A stretch of 64,000 nt of DNA, from contig VFKX01000007.1 in assembly GCA_009885285.1 (NCBI GenBank), positions 5,046 to 69,045 of the forward strand. Direction: 5' to 3'. This stretch comes from Candidatus Falkowbacteria bacterium (GTDB lineage Bacteria > Patescibacteriota > Patescibacteriia > Patescibacteriales > UBA12465). Shown piece after piece: positions 60,324-64,000 of the stretch; position 1 is the stretch's first letter; each line of letters opens with the position of its first letter. The position numbers were made by a program, and so were the translations under genes. A model generated the notes under the pieces. It was not told the DNA's origin, made no database searches, and saw nothing but the letters and a program-made list of their open reading frames with translations.

Positions 60324-60857
60324 TTACCGATTCTCCAAAAAGAATGGCTGGAAGCGACTAGTTAAAGCGGCAGTCAGGTTAAACATTAATAAGCCTGTCA
60401 AAACACTGCCCAAGGATTGATAAAAAAGACTCATCCAGAAAAATGAGCGCCATAAAAAGAAAGACGAGGAGGCCGTCCCGAATAAGTATAAAAATAACGC
60501 CGCCACAAAACTATAGACTGAAGTGATAACGATAATCAGTAATAAAAAAGAATATAAAGAACGGTTAGTCAGCCAGCTTGTCAAAATCCAATGAGCAAAA
60601 AAAACAGTTAAGGCGAGCAGTAGCAAATGCATGCCAAAAAAATTAAAAGAATATAAATCTAGCCAGAAACCCATGACCAGGGCGGCTGCCAAAGCAGTCC
60701 GCAAACCAAAGAAAAAGAGGGTGAACAGCAAAGCAATGACTACTAGGCTAATCTGATTAAAGTAAGCAGGCAATGAATACATCAAAGAAAACTGGGCGAT
60801 GGCAATGCCTGAAAAAATCAGGACTAAAAAGAATATGCGCCAGATTTTTTTAATCAT
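60324..60857 (-). CDS. mreD: probable rod-shape protein MreD (polytopic membrane protein downstream of mreC)
   Basis: 177 aa, five or six TM helices. Called by its position after mreB-mreC and its size. Confidence 0.5.
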   Translation of the reverse strand: MIKKIWRIFFLVLIFSGIAIAQFSLMYSLPAYFNQISLVVIALLFTLFFFGLRTALAAALVMGFWLDLYSFNFFGMHLLLLALTVFFAHWILTSWLTNRSLYSFLLLIIVITSVYSFVAALFLYLFGTASSSFFLWRSFFWMSLFYQSLGSVLTGLLMFNLTAALTSRFQPFFLENR

Positions 60858-60868
60858 AATTTTAAAAG

Positions 60869-61672
60869 CTATGGGATAATCACCGAGACGATAGTCAGGT
60901 TATCCAGGTCAATTAAAGGCTCGATAGTTGCCTCCTGCCAGACTTCATTGCTCTCGCTATGGACTTGGGCAATCTTGCCAATAACCAGGCCGCGAGCGAT
61001 ACGCTCGCCCAAGCCTGAGGTAATCACGATATCGCCGGCCGCAATCTTTTCCAGCTGCGGAATATAACTCATCTTAATGGTTAGGCCGAGGTCGCCGTCT
61101 GTTACACCTTGAGTCTTATCGGAATTCTGAATAGCGGCTGCTAACTGGCAATTGGTATTAGTAGTTAAGCAAATTTTAGCCGTCGTGTCTTTAACTTCCA
61201 AAACTTTACCGACAATAAATCCTTCCCCGCTGATAACAGCCAGACCGGACGATAAACCGTCTCGAGAACCGCGATTAATGATTAGTCCGGAATTATCTTC
61301 CACGATAGACTCCTTGGCAATCACGCTGGCGACAACCATGCGTGCGGAATTACTCTGATTAAAATCTAATGTTTCGCGCAACTTGCGATTCTCTTCCTCT
61401 ACCTCCATAGTCCGGGAATTAATAACCGTGAGAACCGCTAATTCCTTTTCCAAGCGTTCTACTTGCTGCGCCAAGTCCTCTTGATTATTATTGGCGTCAT
61501 AAGCGGTCTTAATATCCGTGCCAGCGGCGTAAAAACGCCCAGCCAAAGGTTTAACCAGATATGACAAAAAATTCTCAATCGGCCGTAAAACCCCGATTAT
61601 ATGCAAAAAAAACAGCACGAGGGCTATTATTAGGAATGGGATAACCGGCTGATTTTTTTTGAGGCGCATCAT
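60869..61672 (-). CDS. mreC: rod-shape-determining protein MreC
   Basis: N-terminal TM, coiled coil, then beta-rich C-domain. Follows mreB. 267 aa. Confidence 0.8.
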   Translation of the reverse strand: MMRLKKNQPVIPFLIIALVLFFLHIIGVLRPIENFLSYLVKPLAGRFYAAGTDIKTAYDANNNQEDLAQQVERLEKELAVLTVINSRTMEVEEENRKLRETLDFNQSNSARMVVASVIAKESIVEDNSGLIINRGSRDGLSSGLAVISGEGFIVGKVLEVKDTTAKICLTTNTNCQLAAAIQNSDKTQGVTDGDLGLTIKMSYIPQLEKIAAGDIVITSGLGERIARGLVIGKIAQVHSESNEVWQEATIEPLIDLDNLTIVSVIIP

Positions 61673-61683
61673 ATTTATTAGGT

Positions 61684-62730
61684 CTATTCAGAACCTAAAG
61701 GCAAGACAACTTTCTCTAAAAGCTCCTTATCGGTCAGTAAAATACCGGTGCCGCGGACTACACAAGTCAAAGGATCTTCAGAAATCTTAACTGGAATTTT
61801 AGTGGCGGCTGAGATTGCCTTGTCCAATCCGCGCAGCAAAGCGCCACCGCCGGACATATAAATGCCACGCTCATAAATATCAGAGACTAGTTCCGGAGGA
61901 GTCGTCTCAAGAATCGTTTTGATATTATCAATAATCTTGACGACCGTCCGGCTCAGCGCCTCTCTGATTTGCTTATCGCTGACCATCAAAGCTTTCGGCA
62001 AACCAGTCACTAAATCGCGTCCGCGAACTTCAATCTCTGATGGCGTTTCCAGCGGCACCGCCGAGCCAACCGTGATTTTAATATGCTCAGCTAACTGTTC
62101 ACCGATTAAAATATTAAATTCTTCTCGGATATACTCAATGATATTATTATCAAATTCATTACCAGCCGACTTCAAAGATTTCCAAGTGACAACGCCGCCC
62201 AAAGAGATGACGGCAATCTCTGTGGTGCCGCCGCCGATATCAACAATCATTGTCGCGGTCGCTTCAGTGACTGGCAAGCGGGCGCCAATGGCTGCGGCCA
62301 TGGCTTCTTCGATTAAATAGACTTTTCTTGCACCGGCTGACTTCGCGGCATCTTCAACCGCTTTCTTCTCCACCTCGGTCAAGTCAAGCGGAATGCCGAT
62401 AACGACGCGTGGCCGGGAAATCAGGGTAAAGTTTTCCGCATGCACTTTCTGAATAAAATATTTAAGCATCTTTTCCGTCACTTCAAAATCAGAAATAACT
62501 CCATCAACCAACGGCTTAATGGCTTCAATATGTCCCGGCGTCTTGCCAACCATGCGCTTCGCCGCTTCGCCGACTTCCAAGATTTCGTTAGTCCGCTTAT
62601 TGATAGCAACTACACTCGGCTCATTGACTATCAAACCCTTATCCACGACATAAACCAGGGTATTCTTCGTCCCCAAGTCGATACCAAGGTCGTGGCTGAA
62701 TTTTCCGAGCAGTTTAGTGAATATTGTCAT
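61684..62730 (-). CDS. mreB: rod-shape-determining protein MreB
   Basis: 348 aa, DLGTKNT ... DIGGGTTE actin-like ATPase motifs. Confidence 0.9.
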   Translation of the reverse strand: MTIFTKLLGKFSHDLGIDLGTKNTLVYVVDKGLIVNEPSVVAINKRTNEILEVGEAAKRMVGKTPGHIEAIKPLVDGVISDFEVTEKMLKYFIQKVHAENFTLISRPRVVIGIPLDLTEVEKKAVEDAAKSAGARKVYLIEEAMAAAIGARLPVTEATATMIVDIGGGTTEIAVISLGGVVTWKSLKSAGNEFDNNIIEYIREEFNILIGEQLAEHIKITVGSAVPLETPSEIEVRGRDLVTGLPKALMVSDKQIREALSRTVVKIIDNIKTILETTPPELVSDIYERGIYMSGGGALLRGLDKAISAATKIPVKISEDPLTCVVRGTGILLTDKELLEKVVLPLGSE

Positions 62731-62781
62731 GTTGTAATTATTATATTTTTCCGTAACAGGGATTTTAAATATCTCTAGCGA

Positions 62782-64000
62782 TTATTTCCAATAAGCCATC
62801 AGGTCTTTAATGGCCACCAAAGAACTGGTATCATCAGACCGCCTCTTAATTTCTACGCTAGCCGCCACTAATGTCTTCTTGCTAACCAAGACGCGATAAG
62901 GACAGCCGATTAAATCCGCATCAGCGAATTTTTCACCAGCCGAAATTTCCCGGTCGTCAAATAAGACTTCAAAACCGGCAGCTATTAAATCAGCGTATAC
63001 AGAGGCAGCAGCCTCATTTTCCCCTAAAGACAGGAGATGGATCTTGTACGGTGCAATATTTTCCGGCCAGATCAGCCCCTTATCGTCATGAAAAGTCTCG
63101 ACGATAGTGCCCATTACCCGACTCGGACCAATGCCATAACAGCCCATCACCGCCTGATTGTCATGCCCTTCATCATCTTTATAAACTACATTAAATGAGC
63201 CGGAAAATTTAGTGCCCAGCTTAAAAATATTACCGACTTCAATCGCCTTCTTTTCTGCCAGTTCTTTGTTGCCACATTGCGGACAAGCTGATTGCTCAGC
63301 AATTATCTCTTTGTTAATAGCGATATGGCAATGATTACAAACATAAATCAAATCTTCACCGGCGTCAGATATAGTCTGAAATTCATGAGAATATTTCGAG
63401 AAAGTGCCACCGGCTGCATAAGTGAAATATGTTATTTCACCGAGACCTAAGCGCTGGAATATCTTATTATAAGCTCCGACAGCCCTATCGTAATATGCAT
63501 CAAGATCTGCCTGATCAGTGTGAAAAGAATACATATCCTTCATTAAAAATTCCCGGCCGCGCATCAAACCAGCCTTTGCTCTTTTTTCATTTCGAAATTT
63601 AGTCTGAATTTGATAGACGCTAAACGGCAAATCCTTATATGATAAGATAAACTTCTTGGCTAAAGGAGTGACAATTTCTTCGTGAGTAGCGCCAAGCGCA
63701 TATTCTTTATTATCTCCGCCCTTGAGACGGAACAGAACATCAAAATTCTCCCAGCGATCAGTCGCCTCCAGATATTCCTTAGGTATTAGAGAGGTCATGA
63801 GAATTTCCTGACCGCCAATAACGTCCATCTCTTCGCGGATAACTCTACAAATTTTATCAAGAACCCTCTTACCCAGAGGCAGATAAGAATAAACGCCGGC
63901 GGCCACTTTATCAATAAATCCGGCCCTGATCAAAGTCTGAGCATTATAACTAGTCTCATCCTTAGGCAATTCTTTGACAGTTCTAGTAAAAAGTTGTGAT
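62782..64000 (-). CDS. proS: proline--tRNA ligase, short bacterial form without the INS editing domain; partial, the N-terminus lies beyond the window end
   Basis: Class II motifs and the ProRS anticodon-binding C-terminus. The reading frame stays open past base 64000 (SQLFTRTVKELPKDETS...). A zinc-ribbon-like CNHC...CPQC insertion is present. Confidence 0.85.
   Translation of the reverse strand, partial: SQLFTRTVKELPKDETSYNAQTLIRAGFIDKVAAGVYSYLPLGKRVLDKICRVIREEMDVIGGQEILMTSLIPKEYLEATDRWENFDVLFRLKGGDNKEYALGATHEEIVTPLAKKFILSYKDLPFSVYQIQTKFRNEKRAKAGLMRGREFLMKDMYSFHTDQADLDAYYDRAVGAYNKIFQRLGLGEITYFTYAAGGTFSKYSHEFQTISDAGEDLIYVCNHCHIAINKEIIAEQSACPQCGNKELAEKKAIEVGNIFKLGTKFSGSFNVVYKDDEGHDNQAVMGCYGIGPSRVMGTIVETFHDDKGLIWPENIAPYKIHLLSLGENEAAASVYADLIAAGFEVLFDDREISAGEKFADADLIGCPYRVLVSKKTLVAASVEIKRRSDDTSSLVAIKDLMAYWK

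Overview
This 64-kb window looks like a small, streamlined bacterial genome, probably Patescibacteria/CPR-like. Reasons: there is no L30 gene between rpsE and rplO, many ribosomal proteins carry low-complexity extensions, rpoA is short, and alaS and proS are truncated. prfB (RF2) is intact with SPF and GGQ motifs, so the standard genetic code is assumed. Nearly everything from 1 to 45.8 kb is on the minus strand, in blocks:
- 834-11988: the S10-spc ribosomal operon, rpsJ through secY.
- 12051-17086: the str operon (rpsL, rpsG, fusA, tuf), with one extra acidic ORF wedged between fusA and tuf.
- 17.2-26.0 kb: an accessory island. It holds a site-2 (M50) protease, divergent rpmB, small membrane proteins, short ComEC, prfB, an SDR, a PAS-only sensor, a membrane-anchored papain-like C1 peptidase, and two unannotated mini hydrophobic peptides.
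- 26161-30371: rpsI-rplM and the alpha operon (infA-rpmJ-rpsM-rpsK-rpsD-rpoA-rplQ), placed upstream of the str operon rather than after secY.
- 30498-32324: alaS.
- 32.4-36.9 kb: a tandem triplet of paralogous secreted lipoproteins. Each copy has its own near-identical sigma70-like promoter and leader and its own terminator. This is the most striking accessory feature.
- 37.1-45.8 kb: a cell-wall cluster (murB, an MsbA-like ABC exporter, murC, murG, ftsW, mraY).
At 45.9-50.2 kb a plus-strand cluster encodes a PilB/GspE-like ATPase with degenerate catalytic motifs, followed by GT2 and GT4 glycosyltransferases. Minus-strand genes resume at 50.2-64 kb:
- A roughly 1027-aa surface protein (signal peptide, PG-binding domain, Ig-like region, six Kelch-like blades) interrupted by a single in-frame TAA that sits inside a hairpin.
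- A UXS-like epimerase, an S8 subtilase fused to an FG-GAP propeller, and a GT4.
- Two mreB paralogs bracketing a stand-alone REC domain and a PfkB kinase, then mreC, mreD, and partial proS.
Also noted: a candidate small RNA with a strong promoter and terminator (possibly SRP RNA), leader hairpin and attenuator-like elements before rpsL, rplC and infA, and several intrinsic terminators.
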